Part shown: positions 20,846 to 33,075 of the stretch, one piece after another
Layout: each line of letters starts with the position of its first letter
Position numbering within the stretch: position 1 is the stretch's first letter
Origin: Folioceros fuciformis
Lineage: Eukaryota
Assembly (NCBI GenBank): GCA_049999805.1
Contig: JBNGIO010003097.1
Location: forward strand, 1 to 34,956
Length of the DNA stretch: 34,956 bases
Direction: 5' to 3'
Position numbers and translations under genes: made by a program
The notes under the pieces: generated by a model
Databases searched by the model: none
The model's input: the letters and a program-made list of their open reading frames with translations, nothing else
Told to the model about the DNA's origin: nothing

Positions 20846-22248
20846 TCATTGCGAAACACCGAGCCACTTCCCGAAGTTCTCAAACTCTGTGTAATCACTA
20901 TCTGAGACCATGGTCTTGTACCAGGCTTCACCCGCCTTCTTCACGTCCTCTGGGGCAGCTCCCTCGACCTGCCAAACACAAACACAATCACACACAACAA
21001 AGCAGACATGGTCACGCACACAGACGAACACAATGGGAGTTGGTTAAGTAACACCGCTGGGTACGACAAGATGCGGTTGGTTAAGTAACACAGTTGGTTA
21101 AGACAAGATACAAGCAGAGGGGGGAGAAGAAAAGCTCTCACCTGGTTAGGCTGCTTCCTCTTGCTGTCCAGCTTCTGTGCCCTAGCCTTGGTCTGCTGGG
21201 CCTGGGCCAAAAGCTCCATCCTCCTAACAGTCTTGGCGTACGGGTTGAGCTTCAGGAGGGCTCCCAGATTCTTGAGCGGGTTCTTTTTCAGGGCTCTCGT
21301 CTTCACCTCCGTCTTCATGGGCCGGACCACGGACTGGATCTCATCAGAGTTGATGAGCCGAGCTAGGTCAGAGTTAGCCATGAGGGGGCGAGGTAGGGTG
21401 TAGTTCTTCTTCACAGCCGACTTCCTGTCTACCGTCCCAAAGATGGAGTCCAGCTTCTCGAAAGCAGACTTCGTCCAAACCACAAACCGGCCAAGATGGC
21501 CACCAGGAGCCAGCTGCAGCAGGTTGAGCCGGTCCACAGACACGATCTCCACACCAGGGATGTTCCTAAACGCCTTGACCAGCTTCGCGCCCTCGGTGCC
21601 GTACACGATCAGCGGGCCCCTGCGGGACACATATCTCCTGTTCCTCATCTTCCCCTTCCCAGCCCGGATGTTGCGGGTGGCCTTAACTTTTTCCACATCA
21701 TCGTACGCTCCCACCTTCTTCAGCAGATTCACAGCCGCCGAGGTCTTCTCGATGCCCTCCACGGCATCGCTGAGCACGAGCGGCACCTCCGGCACCTTCT
21801 CGATGCGATGGCCCCGAGCTAGCACTAATGCTGGAACTGCGGACGCAGCCAGGGCAGACACAACCGCGTACCTCTTTTGATTGATGTTCACCTTGCGGTG
21901 CCAGCGCCTCCAAACCTTGGTGGGAGCAAACATGTGCCCTCCTCGGCACATGTTGCCGAAGGCTCCCTGCCCGGCTCTGTGAGTTCCACCTCCCTGAACA
22001 CGAGGAATTCTGGACACAGCCCTGCCTGTCCCCCATGACTCCGCCGACGTCTGATGCCCCGCCTTGCTACTCACAGCGTAAGGCTGCCTCTTGTTCTTCG
22101 CCAAATTGGTGTGCACAAACTGCACGATGTCAGACCTGATCGGCGCCTTGAACACCTCCGGCAGCGGCGTCTGGTTGCCTCGCCCGTCTGCTGCGCCAAC
22201 ATCGGATTCCGCCAACTGGACTGTAACTAGCGGGCGGGCAGCCGCCAT
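20846..22248 (-). CDS. RPL4: 60S ribosomal protein L4 (uL4), copy A; exons 22248-21142 and 20968-20846, 409 aa
   Basis: [23 protein letters not shown] and [10 protein letters not shown] motifs; plant C-terminus [25 protein letters not shown]; 173-bp GT-AG intron 21141-20969. Confidence 0.97.
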
Positions 22249-23087
22249 GGTTTTCGCTGGCACACAGCACAACTCTTCCGGAGTTTAGTTTATGCCCACT
22301 GTTTATCTCTCCTTATGTAAAGATACCTCCGCTCCTGGAAGACCTACACTACGCAGCTAGAATTCCTTTCCAAACTTTTTAGCACTATTTTCATGTTTTC
22401 CAACACGGTAGCTGTTTCTGTTTTGTTTTAAGGCCTCATCGATTTACATCATCGATTGGGCTGGAATTCTTTCCTTTTCTGTTCCAATGCTTTGCTTTGC
22501 TTTTCAGTAAGCTTATCACAAAAACGACGTGACTGAAAATCCATCGACAATGGACAATTTGGGAGGACACACCATCAGACTGGAGAGCCATGTGGCCTGA
22601 CAACAGAGAGGGAAGTCCGTTTGGTAACAGAGGCCCCGATGTGCCGACGACAGGGATGCACATCTCTATATGATGTGGAGGGTGATTTGTTCTGATAGCA
22701 TGGAGACACAATCAGCCTGACAAGAGAGAGGAACAACTGGCTCACAACTGGAGGGCTTCGCTTGGCTCTTTGCATACAGTATCTATGTCGTCCAGGGCAT
22801 GCACCTGACGGAATGTTGTCGGAAGTCTGTCTTTATGGGAAGGATGAGCCAGCACCATGGGATTCCGGAGCTTCGGGTCAGGTTTCGTGCCAGTTCGTCG
22901 GGGAAGAGGAGTACACATGGCTGGCTGGCGGTGAGGAAGTACGTATGGCCTGGAAGGAGCCAGCATGAGCATGGAGTATGAGGCGTGACCTACTTACTGC
23001 TTGGTTCTCGTCCGGAGGTGGTGACGGGTTGCACGGCTGGATGATGAGGCTCTTGGTGCCGCTGATGCTTGGCGGCAGGGCGGACGT

Positions 23088-23720
23088 GTGTTGCCGATGG
23101 ATGATCTGCAGTGCCTGCTGCAGCGGTGCATGAAAGGTAGCTTGGAGTTGGAAGGAGGAGGGTGCATCCGTTGTTTGCTGAGAGGGGTCCGATTCCTAGG
23201 GTTGGTGGGGCAAGAAGCTGATTCGCCTGTTCGAGGTGTTTGGGACTTTGCAAGAAGAGAACGAGGCGTTTCGGAGAATTTTTGAGCCTGATTCGCATGC
23301 CTCGCAAGCTATTATTCTGTCAAATTGCAGACATAGGGCGGGGAAGGGAAGTAGATTATCACGTTGTTCCAGGAAATGCAGCTTTCTAGGGTTCAGGCGG
23401 ACAGCCCTGTGTATGTTGACGTGCTCAAAGGTCGTGCTAGCATCCGTTCCTTCGCAGATGGCAATCGGCGCCTTCTGGATTGCAGAAGCTGGTTTCGGGG
23501 ATCATATTCCGGTTGGAAATATTCTTGTGTGGACATGTATGTATGTCGAACGTGGTAGTGTGGAGGAAGCCCACAGATTCTTCGATGAATTCCCCGAGAG
23601 ACGTGGTGTCCTGGAGCGCGGTGCGGGAAGGAATGGCTAGCCGTGGGCGAGGGGTGGAAGCTCTTTCGTTTTTCCTGGAGGATGAAACTGGATTTGCTGG
23701 GGCAGGATTTGTGAAGTGCC
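23088..23720 (+). pseudogene. PLS-class pentatricopeptide repeat gene remnant
   Basis: Fragments in shifting frames: FQEMQLSRVQADSPVYVDVLKG (P/L-like), VGNILV..MYVERGSVEEAHRFFDEFPER (S-like), DVVSWSAV..GMASRGRGVEALSFF (P-like). No continuous ORF. Confidence 0.75.
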
Positions 23721-23847
23721 CTCACTCAGAGATATTACTATCGCGAATCGGGAACCCGTTGTGTATACAACACACATACACATCATGGTACAGCATGTTG
23801 GCTTTCCCATGAGACACTGGTGTACAGGAGAAAGAAATCGCGGGTTT

Positions 23848-26800
23848 TCACATACAGCAGGTCTTCTCTGCGCAACAAGGTCTGCGCTGCGATGACAAGT
23901 GCACCAACCGAGCATCGACCCAATGCTTTTCAGGATGCTGTGTCTGCCGGGAGCAGCTCCAGGCATCGAACAGGGTTTCGACCTGCGTCGGAGACATTCC
24001 ATCCGTGGTCAGTTCCAGCATCTGCAGGACTCGGGCTTCCTTGATTGCGTTCACTATTTCGTTGTCGGAAAGTTTGTTTTTCGGCTGCTCCGACGTTCTC
24101 GGGCGCCGCCTCCTGCTCTGAGATGCAAGGAAAGGTGTCAACGCCTCCGGCTCACCGTCATCTTCGCTGTCAGCGATGTCAACCGTTTTGGGCAACATCT
24201 CCTCCCTAACCACCTCCTGGCTGTCCGATACAGACTTGAAAACTTGGTCCTTTAGTTCTCCCGACTTCTTGCTCACTTGCTTGAACGAAATTTCATTATC
24301 GGCGAAGTGCAACTCCAAAAGTGTCGAGCTGTCTGCTCACAATGATCCGAGTAAGTAAAAGATGCTTAGAGGACGGGTTCAGAACGCAAGATGTGGGTAC
24401 GTAATATTGTGACCCAACCTTTCAAGGACTGCAGGAGCCGAAGACCTCCCTCAAAAATGATACCGCAACCTCCTAGATGCAGCACCCTCAGACGGCATCC
24501 TGATCTTTTCAGTCCCTCTGCTATTTTATCTGCGGCCTGTGCATCGAGCAGTGAACTGCCTAATTAGCTGAACTGGAGCTCAAAAAATATCGACCACGAT
24601 CGAACTAAATTGAACCCACATTGACAAATTCTTGTAGCAGTGAAGAACAGACCTCAACGTCAAGGAGATTCCCACTAAGATCAAGGAATGAAAGACCCTG
24701 GATGTGCATGACCTGCTTGCACAGTGTTACTGCACTTGTACCAAAGAATCCACAAGAGGACAGGTTGAGCTTCACAAGCCTGCATGGGTATTCCTGCAAG
24801 AAGTCGCTGAACACATCCGCACCACCCTGCAAAAACATGACAGTCAACTCTGAGGCTCGAGTCTCTCTGAAAAATCATTTCCTTACAGTTCAGGCCTTCA
24901 ATAATGATGGTAATGCGCAGGTGAGGATGGTACATTTCGAATATCGGTTTTCGCAAGCGTTAAGGACGAGATACTCTTAGAATTACTCAGAAACGTTGTC
25001 AGGCTCTTCACTCCTGTTTCGTCCAGCGGAACTTCCCTCAGATCCAGCTCGGCAAAACTGGAAGAAGTGTCAGCAGTTAACCTCAAGATGCACGGTCAAC
25101 CAAGCACCAAAGCTGATCGCAAACTGCACCTACCTTTTCAAAGCCGCAAGTTTGTTGAGGAGATAGGCAATGGCCAAGCCGGAAATTGGATTTCTTCCTT
25201 TAAGTTCATTGAAGTGTGAGTTAAGCACAAGCTGTCAGAGAATATCTGACTGCATGAAGTTAGCCAACCTTCGAACAAAATGCAGTGACCATACCAATAG
25301 CGAGCTTTGCAAGTCGGCTTTCAGTTGGCAAAGCTGACGTGATCCGGTCCACGGTTATAGTGTCTATGCCGCATCCCTGTAACTCAAGTGATGCCAGAGC
25401 TGCCATGTGAAGAGGCTGTTAAGGTTCGTGCATGATCAAAAGAAATGGTGCACAAGAACTTGGACAAACACGGCTAAGTGCGGCAGTACCTGGGCACTTT
25501 TCAAGAAGTTTAGCCAGACTCCTACCCACATGCTTTGTTAGTTTGTTCCCAGAGAGATTAAGCACCTCCAATCGTGAAACAGTAATAGGGCAATCGCAAA
25601 TCTGCAAAAGTCGCAAAAGTTTGAAAACTTCCTGCAAATCGGAAGAGGGCAAAGCGAAGGACGGTCCATGTGATCACCTTCGTGAGGCATGCTGCTCCAA
25701 GGAGATTGTTGTGCAAATCAATGGTGAGGCCAAGATCCTTATGGCCAGTCTGTGAGATTAGCATTTGAATATTTTTCATCGTCTCATTTCCTGACACATG
25801 CACATTGTCTCCTTATGCCTCAATACAAACTCAAGCTAGAAGCAGAAATGCGAACAAGCAAAGAATATCGAATTAAAAAGACTAACCTAGTTTGTTATGA
25901 GACATATCCAGAACAGACACAGGTGCTCGTGTTTCCAATGCTGCAAGTAGTGGTTGTGCCGATGCATCATCCATGTTACAACCAGACACAACGAGCTCAC
26001 CTTCAGATTCCTGCAAGACCTGAAAGTTAGCGTACTGACGAAAAACCAGTGATTGCAGAGATCTCATGCAACAGTACAACTGAAATGGTGGCGATGCTCA
26101 CCACGAGCTTGCTTAGTCTTTCCATGACTCCTTCATTGGGCGGACAATTTAGTCTGTGACACTGCTCAATGTATTGATCAGAGAGAGACAATTTGGTTGA
26201 ACCTGTAATAATGAACAATGTTAGTGAAAATAAAATTCCGTAACCATGCAGTGCAGTGCAATTAGGATGATGTCGATGTGAACTTACCACTGTCTACAGC
26301 TTGGATTCTGTCTCCTTTCTGCAAAAGCACGAATACGCGTTCGAGAAATTGAACTTGCTCAGCAACAGAAATATTGCACAGCAACGCAGCCTTGTTTCCT
26401 GTAAAAAGATGTCTATAGGTTATGCTCTAGCTTGTGAGCCGTGCAAACGTCAAAGGCGATATAAGCTGCAGGAACAAGCACATGCCTACCGGATGGAATG
26501 CTACAATGACATGAAACCCGTTGGATCTCTTGCTCCAACCAGCGTAGAGTCTTCGGCCATACGCTGTCCTGCTCGGCAACTCGCTTCATAACCACATTGA
26601 TGTCATCGCCAATGATTCCAACTTGGAGGGTGGCCGACCCCTTGATATGGATACAGAAAAGTCACCCTTTCAGACTGTGTCCACTTGAGTTCAGCAAAGG
26701 GTGCCAGCATAGGCACGCTTCAAGCAGACAATTGAAGGCAACAAAAATACCTCGACGTGCTCTGTTGCATTTGGATGATGGCTGGGAGTCACCTCTGTGC

Positions 26801-29800
26801 TTGCCTTGTGATGAAAGGGATGCAAACCCTCCACCACTGCTGGCGTGGATTTATGCACCGGAGATGCATATGGCTGGTCTTTGTGTGCACTACCAACTGC
26901 AGGAAGCTCTCGACACATACCAAAGACCTCCGAGCAAGCTGCATCAGAGTGAAGATTTTTGTCCAGTGCTGAAGTGGGTGATGGAGGAGGTGCTAACACA
27001 TCGCTCATATTCTGCATGCGCTCAAGTTCAGCATCAAGGCATTTGCTGACAGCATCAATTGGTAGGGAGACCGGCCGAATAGTACAAGGAGCTCCATGTT
27101 CAAACAGCTCTCCATCTGGCATGGTTGTTGGGGTCAGGCCAGGATCTCCAGCTATCAAGTCTGCAGGGGACGTCAGTGTCACAGTAGTATAACCCCTGAC
27201 CATTCTGTTGCTGGGACTATTCTCAGAGACCTCTGGAAGTTCATCATGAACAGCCTGGTCCCTCACTATGCTCGCAAATTTGCAAATCCTTCTAAGCTTG
27301 GGTCTGGCTTGGACCTGGTTTTCTGACCTGATCCTCTTGGAAGAAATTGTTCGGGGGGGATCCTGTACAGCTTGATCATCTTCGCTGTCAGAGACATGCA
27401 TCAGTTCCCTACTTGTATTGTCTGATACTGATGCAAGTGCTTTCGTAGAGAGCAATCTTCTCGGTTGTCTTCTCGTTTTTCCGTTCATTGACACCTGATA
27501 AACCTGAGCTGGAGTTTGTCCTCCAGACTTATCGCAGCAATCATCATCACTCAGATCCTTCAAGAGTTGTGCTCTACATCTGGATGGTCTTCTTTCCACC
27601 GGAGGCGATTCTGCAGGATCTTCAGGAAGAGCTGGACTAGCTGGTGGGGTTTCACGGGCCTGAGAGCGCGAGGGAGAATCCTCCTCACAGTCTGTTTCAG
27701 GACATTCTTCTGAGTCTTTGAGTAGAGAAGAGCCTCTGAGTGACTGCTTCAGCTGCTGCAAGGTGGAAGCCACTCTCCTGCGCGTACGAAGGGCCAGGGA
27801 AATTCAATTAGGCGTTTTATGCTGATCAACCAGACAAGCGACACAAATCAGCGAAGTCATCCCATTTGCAAGGTAAGACAGGCAACAAGAACCTGGCGTC
27901 TTCGAATCGTTCTAGGCGCAGAAGATAAGATGAGTGCATGTTCTCTAGAGCCTGAACTTGTAACTTCTTGTACTTCGACTCTCCCTGTGACCTTGCCTTC
28001 CTGCACAGCCCAACATGCTAGTTGAAATACCTGAAGACGATAGCACGACCCACCCACTCTGAAGACCAACCGCTTACTCATAGGCTGCTACATATTGTTG
28101 AAGTGCCGGCTCCCATTCTCCACAGTTATCCAGAGCATTTCCATAGTTCAGAAGGGCCACTGATTGCCCCTGTCAGTGTCAAGATGCACGCGTGATGCTG
28201 CATGTAGATGCGAAGACACCACAGCATCCGAAGCAAACCTTTGGCATTGTTGAACATCATAGAAACGACGCAGGGGGGCCAAGGTTTGACAGACAAGCAG
28301 TATTCTCAACACCGACCTCTATGTGACCAAGCCGTTTGCAGATCTCCAGACTTTTCAACTGCCATTTCTTAGCTTTATCAAACTGACGCAGATTTTGGTA
28401 AGATTCGCCCATTGTCGCCATTGCATCACCAACCTTCTCGGTGTCTCCCAAGCCCTCACAGACCTTCTTTAACCTCTTGGCTAGAAGCAGGTGCTGCACA
28501 GAGCTCACCAAGCCCACCATACAGTTAGGCTACCAGCTCAGAAGGAAAAAGTAGATTGCTGACTAAAATCATGACAATGGCAAACCATCGCTCAGAGTAT
28601 ACTTTATCCCAGGCTTGAAGTATGCTGCCTCCAGATAGTTCAATAAGCTCTTGTAGGACTGCATGCTCCTGATTCAAGTACTTTCGCATTTCAGGGTTGC
28701 CTTCGGCTTCACGAGCCATACGATGCAGCTGTTTCTGCTTCTGCATTTTACTGTCAAAACCCGCGAGTTCTTTCTGCTTTCTTTTCACTATCGAGATGTT
28801 GCTCTTGATCTGTTTCTTCAGATCACCTTCATCTTCCAGCTTCATCGCAATCCTCAGGGCATTCTTGTAGCACTGCAGAGCTCCTTCGAAGTCGAGCTTC
28901 TTATTATAAATCTCGCCCAGATTGATATAACCCTTGGCTGCCCCCTGCTTATGCTCAATATTCCCACAGATCTCAACATCCTTCTGCGTATGCGACAAGG
29001 CTCGCTTCCAGTCCCTGTACACGATGTATATCCGGCCAAGGTTGTGATGGACCCTGGAAAGCGCAGGTTCTTTTTCCGACACCTCCTCATCCTGACATAT
29101 CTTCAAGGCTTGTTCGAACAGCAGCAAAGCACCGTTAGTGTCATCTTGCTCCTCCTTCCACAGACCCAAATTGTTGTACGCGTCAACCAGCTCCACAACA
29201 AAAGATCGAGTATCGCCCTGAGGCGGGTTGGTCCTCAAACGCTGGGCAATACTCAGAGCAGCCTCCAGGTGCTTCTTAGTCTCCTCATACAAAAAGATGT
29301 CATCCAGCTCAGGAGGCTTCGTTTCCATGGAAAACAGTTCCATGTACAACCTTCCAAGCTGGGTGGAAGCCCGTTGCTGCTCGACCAAATCCGAGTCTTT
29401 GGTGGCAACTTCAAGGTGCTTTCTCTAAAACCAAAAGCAGCCAACCACAGGCAACTCAGTGAAATCTACTGGAATTCACGACCCAGCAACCAGACGGCAC
29501 TAAATTGCACCAAACTGCAGGTATACCATGAATTTCAGCGCCTCTTCATGCTGGCCCAGCAGGAGAAAAATCTCTCCAAGCATCTGGCAGGTGGTCATGA
29601 GACTGCGTCGTGACGCCAAATCCTGCGCCAGACGCTTAGAGATATCATAGTCTTTCCGAAACCACTGCAGCGCTTCCACATAGTCTCCACGCTCCTTGAG
29701 AAAATGGCCAATTTGATTAGCCCAGCGCGCTTGCTCCAGCACGTCTCCCGTGGCCTCAGCTTCTCGAAATGACTTCCTCAGAATCTCCAGCGACCTGGCC

Positions 29801-29802
29801 AT
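23848..29802 (-). CDS. TSK: TONSOKU/BRUSHY1/MGOUN3 (N-terminal TPR, C-terminal LRR), multi-exon
   Basis: N-terminus EQARWANQIGHFLKERGDYVEALQWFRKDYDIS, LVEQQRASTQLGR, VDAYNNLG, SRVHHNLG, ALENMH; long linker exon 27779-~26700; LRR exons (LDMSHNKLG, LNLSGNKLT, LDLSGNLL); C-terminal CC-x4-CC. Exon 1 is 29802-29527; exon 2 starts at 29424. Confidence 0.93.
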
Positions 29803-29941
29803 GGCGCACTCTGTTCCGTCGCGCCCCTGCCAGTGGAATGTAGGACCACTCCCGCACCTGGAGACGATCCGACCTTGAATCCACTGACCTCAAGCCCTGC
29901 TTGCTCTTCTCAGTCGAATTCCACGCGGGGTTCATTCAAAC

Positions 29942-29949
29942 ATTCCCGC
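29942..29949. promoter_or_regulatory. Candidate E2F site upstream of TONSOKU
   Basis: ATTCCCGC matches the plant E2F consensus WTTSSCSS, about 140 bp upstream of the TSK ATG. Confidence 0.45.
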
Positions 29950-30533
29950 CTTTTTTTTTTGAGGGACAGAATTATGTACACCTCACATAAACTACATATG
30001 TATGTACTCCTCCTTTGTATGCATACAGCGAAAAATTCAGGCGACGATCACTCAGTGTCCTGTAAAGCGATTCGCGAGCCATATTCCGGTCACTCGGGTC
30101 TACAGAAGAGGAATGCCGTCTTCATGCTTGAAGACGACGTGAATAACATGATTCCCGGCGCTGCAGAAACAGTCTATACTCCTCAGCTACTGCGACAAGG
30201 ATGGCCTGTATGGGAAAGGGCCGCAAGGTGAGCTCCCGTTTCCACGGCAAAAGTTAGACACAAATCTCAAAGGTCTACTTGTCGTGTCCAGTCTACAAAG
30301 GTGCGTATCTGAGGTCCTCAACAACAGTAGACCAGAAGTTCCAAAGTCGGAGCATGCCACTGGTAGATTCGTGACCGCTGTCCTAGAGCACTAGATGATG
30401 AGGCAATAGCTCCTTAGAAGTGACTCAACTCGCTGTAAGATAACAGCTTTCCTCGAAGAAAAAATGTGGAAACGTGACGCAACGTTGAGCACGTTGCGAG
30501 TCAGAGAATGGGTGACAGTGGTTTACGTAGCTT

Positions 30534-31362
30534 CTATACAAGTTTTGCATCGGATAGGGATCCTAGATCCTTGAGAATGTGCTTCCGTGCACTGGCGAAA
30601 GGAGTGGAGAGCACAAAGCTATTCTTGAGCTCTGCCTCAAGCTCCGACAGCAGTCTGTGTCCAATCTGGTTGCACTTCTCTGCTTGTTCCACCTTCAAAC
30701 AAGCATGCACCAGGTGATTAACTGATGGAAACTCGTTGCTTGCTGTCAAAAAGATGTCCTGAAATGCAAATAGAGGCCAACCTGTGTCACTAACTTCTGA
30801 TAAATCTCCGGCACGATATCCACGGCATTCACGGAAGTGTCGGGAGACTTGGCTGCCACCCGCGGCGGCAATGCAATTTCAAAGCTCTCGTTTATAAAGG
30901 TGTCCCACTGCTGGAGTTCAGAAATGAGCCTGCGCTGCCGATCTGACCAGATGATGGTACAGGAGAGGGCGAAGCAGAATGTCCTCGAAGCATTCACCAC
31001 TTGAACGAAAAACATTGCCATCAACGAACATTACTGAGGTGCAATGCTAACCTTGCCTTCTTGGCCAGAAGCATTTTGTTCTTCCTCAGCTGCGCCGATT
31101 CCGAGGCCACATTCAGCATGTCGGGAGTGATGATACTCTCCTCCCTTTGCCAGCCAGATCCAGAGGCGTCTGCTGCGATGCTACTCTTTTGTCGCCTGTA
31201 GATGAAGCCATCGTCGTTCACAACTTCCCAGTCTGGAAAACCCGATGTTAGCGTCACAACGCTTCTTTCAGAAGCAGGGCAAGAGGAGAGGAGGGATCCA
31301 GCCGTAAGCTGCCCACACGGAAGCGGCTGCCAAGCCATACCTTCTGGGACGAAGGACGCCAT
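30534..31362 (-). CDS. Three-exon conserved plant protein, probable DSN1-like kinetochore (MIS12 complex) subunit
   Basis: WEVVNDDGFIYRRQK motif, then LLAKK.RLISELQQW across intron 1 and a helical C-terminal exon (30692-30534); canonical splice sites. The gene structure is fairly clear; the DSN1 identity is from remembered motifs only. Confidence 0.6.
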
Positions 31363-31512
31363 CCTCGAAATGAGCAGGAGTTAGACCTAACCAGGGGTCG
31401 ACGGAAAGTAAAGCGTGCCCTAACCATACCCTAACCCGGTCGTCCCTCCTTTTTTTTCAGTCCCCCCAGCATTCAGTCCCTCTTTCCGCAGGGTCTCCCT
31501 TCATCTCAGCGG

Positions 31513-31520
31513 AAACCCTA
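31513..31520 (+). promoter_or_regulatory. Telo-box upstream of RPL4 copy B
   Basis: AAACCCTA 3 nt before the ATG; further CCCTAA motifs at 31418-31437. Typical of plant ribosomal-protein genes. Confidence 0.75.
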
Positions 31521-31523
31521 GCG

Positions 31524-32861
31524 ATGGCGGCACGTCCTCTGGTCACGGTGCAGGTGTTGGAAGGCGATGGCGCTGCAGGAGATGGTGGCGTGGTGCAGGC
31601 TCCGTTGCCCGAGGTATTCAAGGCGCCAATCCGGTCCGATATTGTACAGTTTGTGCACACCAATCTGGCGAAGAACAAGAGACAGCCCTACGCTGTGAGC
31701 AGCAAGGCTGGGCACCAGACGTCCGCGGAGTCATGGGGTACTGGCAGAGCTGTGTCCAGGATTCCTCGTGTTCCTGGTGGCGGGACTCACCGAGCTGGGC
31801 AGGGAGCTTTCGGCAACATGTGTCGTGGGGGTCGCATGTTTGCTCCCACTAAGATCTGGAGGCGCTGGCACCGCAAGGTGAACACCAACCAGAAGAGGTA
31901 TGCTATTGTGTCGGCTCTCGCGGCTTCCGCGGTGCCCGCTCTGGTGCTGGCTCGGGGCCACCGCATCGAGAAGGTGCCGGAGGTGCCGCTGGTGTTAAGC
32001 GATTCTGTTGAGGGCATCGAGAAGACCTCGGCCGCCGTGAAGTTGCTGAAGAGGATCGGCGCGTACGAGGATGTGGAGAAGGTGAAGGCCAGTCACAACA
32101 TTCGGGCAGGGAAGGGAAAGATGAGGAACCGAAGGTACGTGTCTCGCAGGGGCCCTCTGATTGTTTACGGCACTGAAGGCGCCAAGTTGGCAAAAGCCTT
32201 CAGGAACATCCCCGGTGTGGAAATTTCTTCGGTGGATCGCCTCAACCTGCTGCAGCTGGCACCTGGTGGCCACCTCGGGCGGTTCGTGGTGTGGACTAAG
32301 TCCGCTTTCGAGAAGTTGGACCACATTTTTGGAACAGTGGACAAGAAGTCGGAGGTGAAGAAGAACTACACTCTCCCTCGCTCCATCATGGCCAACCCTG
32401 ACCTGGCTCGTCTCATCAACTCCGACGAGATTCAGTCCGTGGTCCGGCCCATCAAAACGGAGGTCAAGAGGAGAGCCCTGAAGAAGAACCCGCTGAAGAA
32501 TCTGGGTGCCCTCCTGAAGCTCAACCCGTTCGCCAAGACTGCCAGGAGAATGGAGTTGCTGGCCCAGTCCCAGAGGGTCAAGGCTAGGGCAGAGAAGCTG
32601 AGCAGCAAGAGGAAGCAGCCCAACCAGGTGAAATCATTGTTTCCTCTTCCCTCCACTCGCCCCAATCAGCTCCGTTCCTTCAATGCTATTGTCGGTTGTC
32701 CCCTGCATGACACCCAATCGTTGTGCCCCCTGTATCAGGCCGAGGGAGCTACTCCAGAGAAGGTGAAGCAGGCCGGTGAGGCCTGGTACAAGACCATGAT
32801 TTCTGATAGTGATTACACAGAATTTGAGAACTTCGGCAAGTGGCTCGGTGTCTCACAATGA
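31524..32861 (+). CDS. RPL4: 60S ribosomal protein L4 (uL4), copy B; exons 31524-32627 and 32739-32861, 408 aa
   Basis: Same motifs as copy A; 111-bp GT-AG intron 32628-32738 at the same position (KQPNQ|). Confidence 0.97.
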   Translation: MAARPLVTVQVLEGDGAAGDGGVVQAPLPEVFKAPIRSDIVQFVHTNLAKNKRQPYAVSSKAGHQTSAESWGTGRAVSRIPRVPGGGTHRAGQGAFGNMCRGGRMFAPTKIWRRWHRKVNTNQKRYAIVSALAASAVPALVLARGHRIEKVPEVPLVLSDSVEGIEKTSAAVKLLKRIGAYEDVEKVKASHNIRAGKGKMRNRRYVSRRGPLIVYGTEGAKLAKAFRNIPGVEISSVDRLNLLQLAPGGHLGRFVVWTKSAFEKLDHIFGTVDKKSEVKKNYTLPRSIMANPDLARLINSDEIQSVVRPIKTEVKRRALKKNPLKNLGALLKLNPFAKTARRMELLAQSQRVKARAEKLSSKRKQPNQVKSLFPLPSTRPNQLRSFNAIVGCPLHDTQSLCPLYQAEGATPEKVKQAGEAWYKTMISDSDYTEFENFGKWLGVSQ

Positions 32862-33075
32862 GCTGCTGCTGTTGTGTCTGGCTACTTAGTAGAACAACGG
32901 TTTTCAAAATTTTAGTCTTATTGCCTCAAAAGAATGAGAAGAGAATTTTCGGTGGCGGCTCACAACATATTTGTGTGGTGTGTCAAGGGTTTTCCTCTGC
33001 CACCTTCTCTCCCATGATTATGGCTTATATGCAAATACCCAATTGGAGGCGGCACTCGGAAGGTGTGATAGGCTT

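Noticed and set aside
20969-21141. Intronic snoRNA or U12-type intron in RPL4
   Set aside because: No C-box/D-box pair seen in either RPL4 intron; donors are GTGAGA and GTGAAA (U2-type), not RTATCC.
20941-22272. 443-aa single-exon RPL4
   Set aside because: The ORF caller used an upstream TTG and read into the intron; the true start is 22248 and the conserved C-terminus is in exon 2.
28663-29613. 316-aa plus-strand ORF
   Set aside because: Antisense shadow of TONSOKU exons 1-2 with no recognisable motifs.
29833-30231. 132-aa plus-strand ORF between TSK and the DSN1-like gene
   Set aside because: GTG start, crosses a poly-T tract in the TSK promoter region, no recognisable domain.
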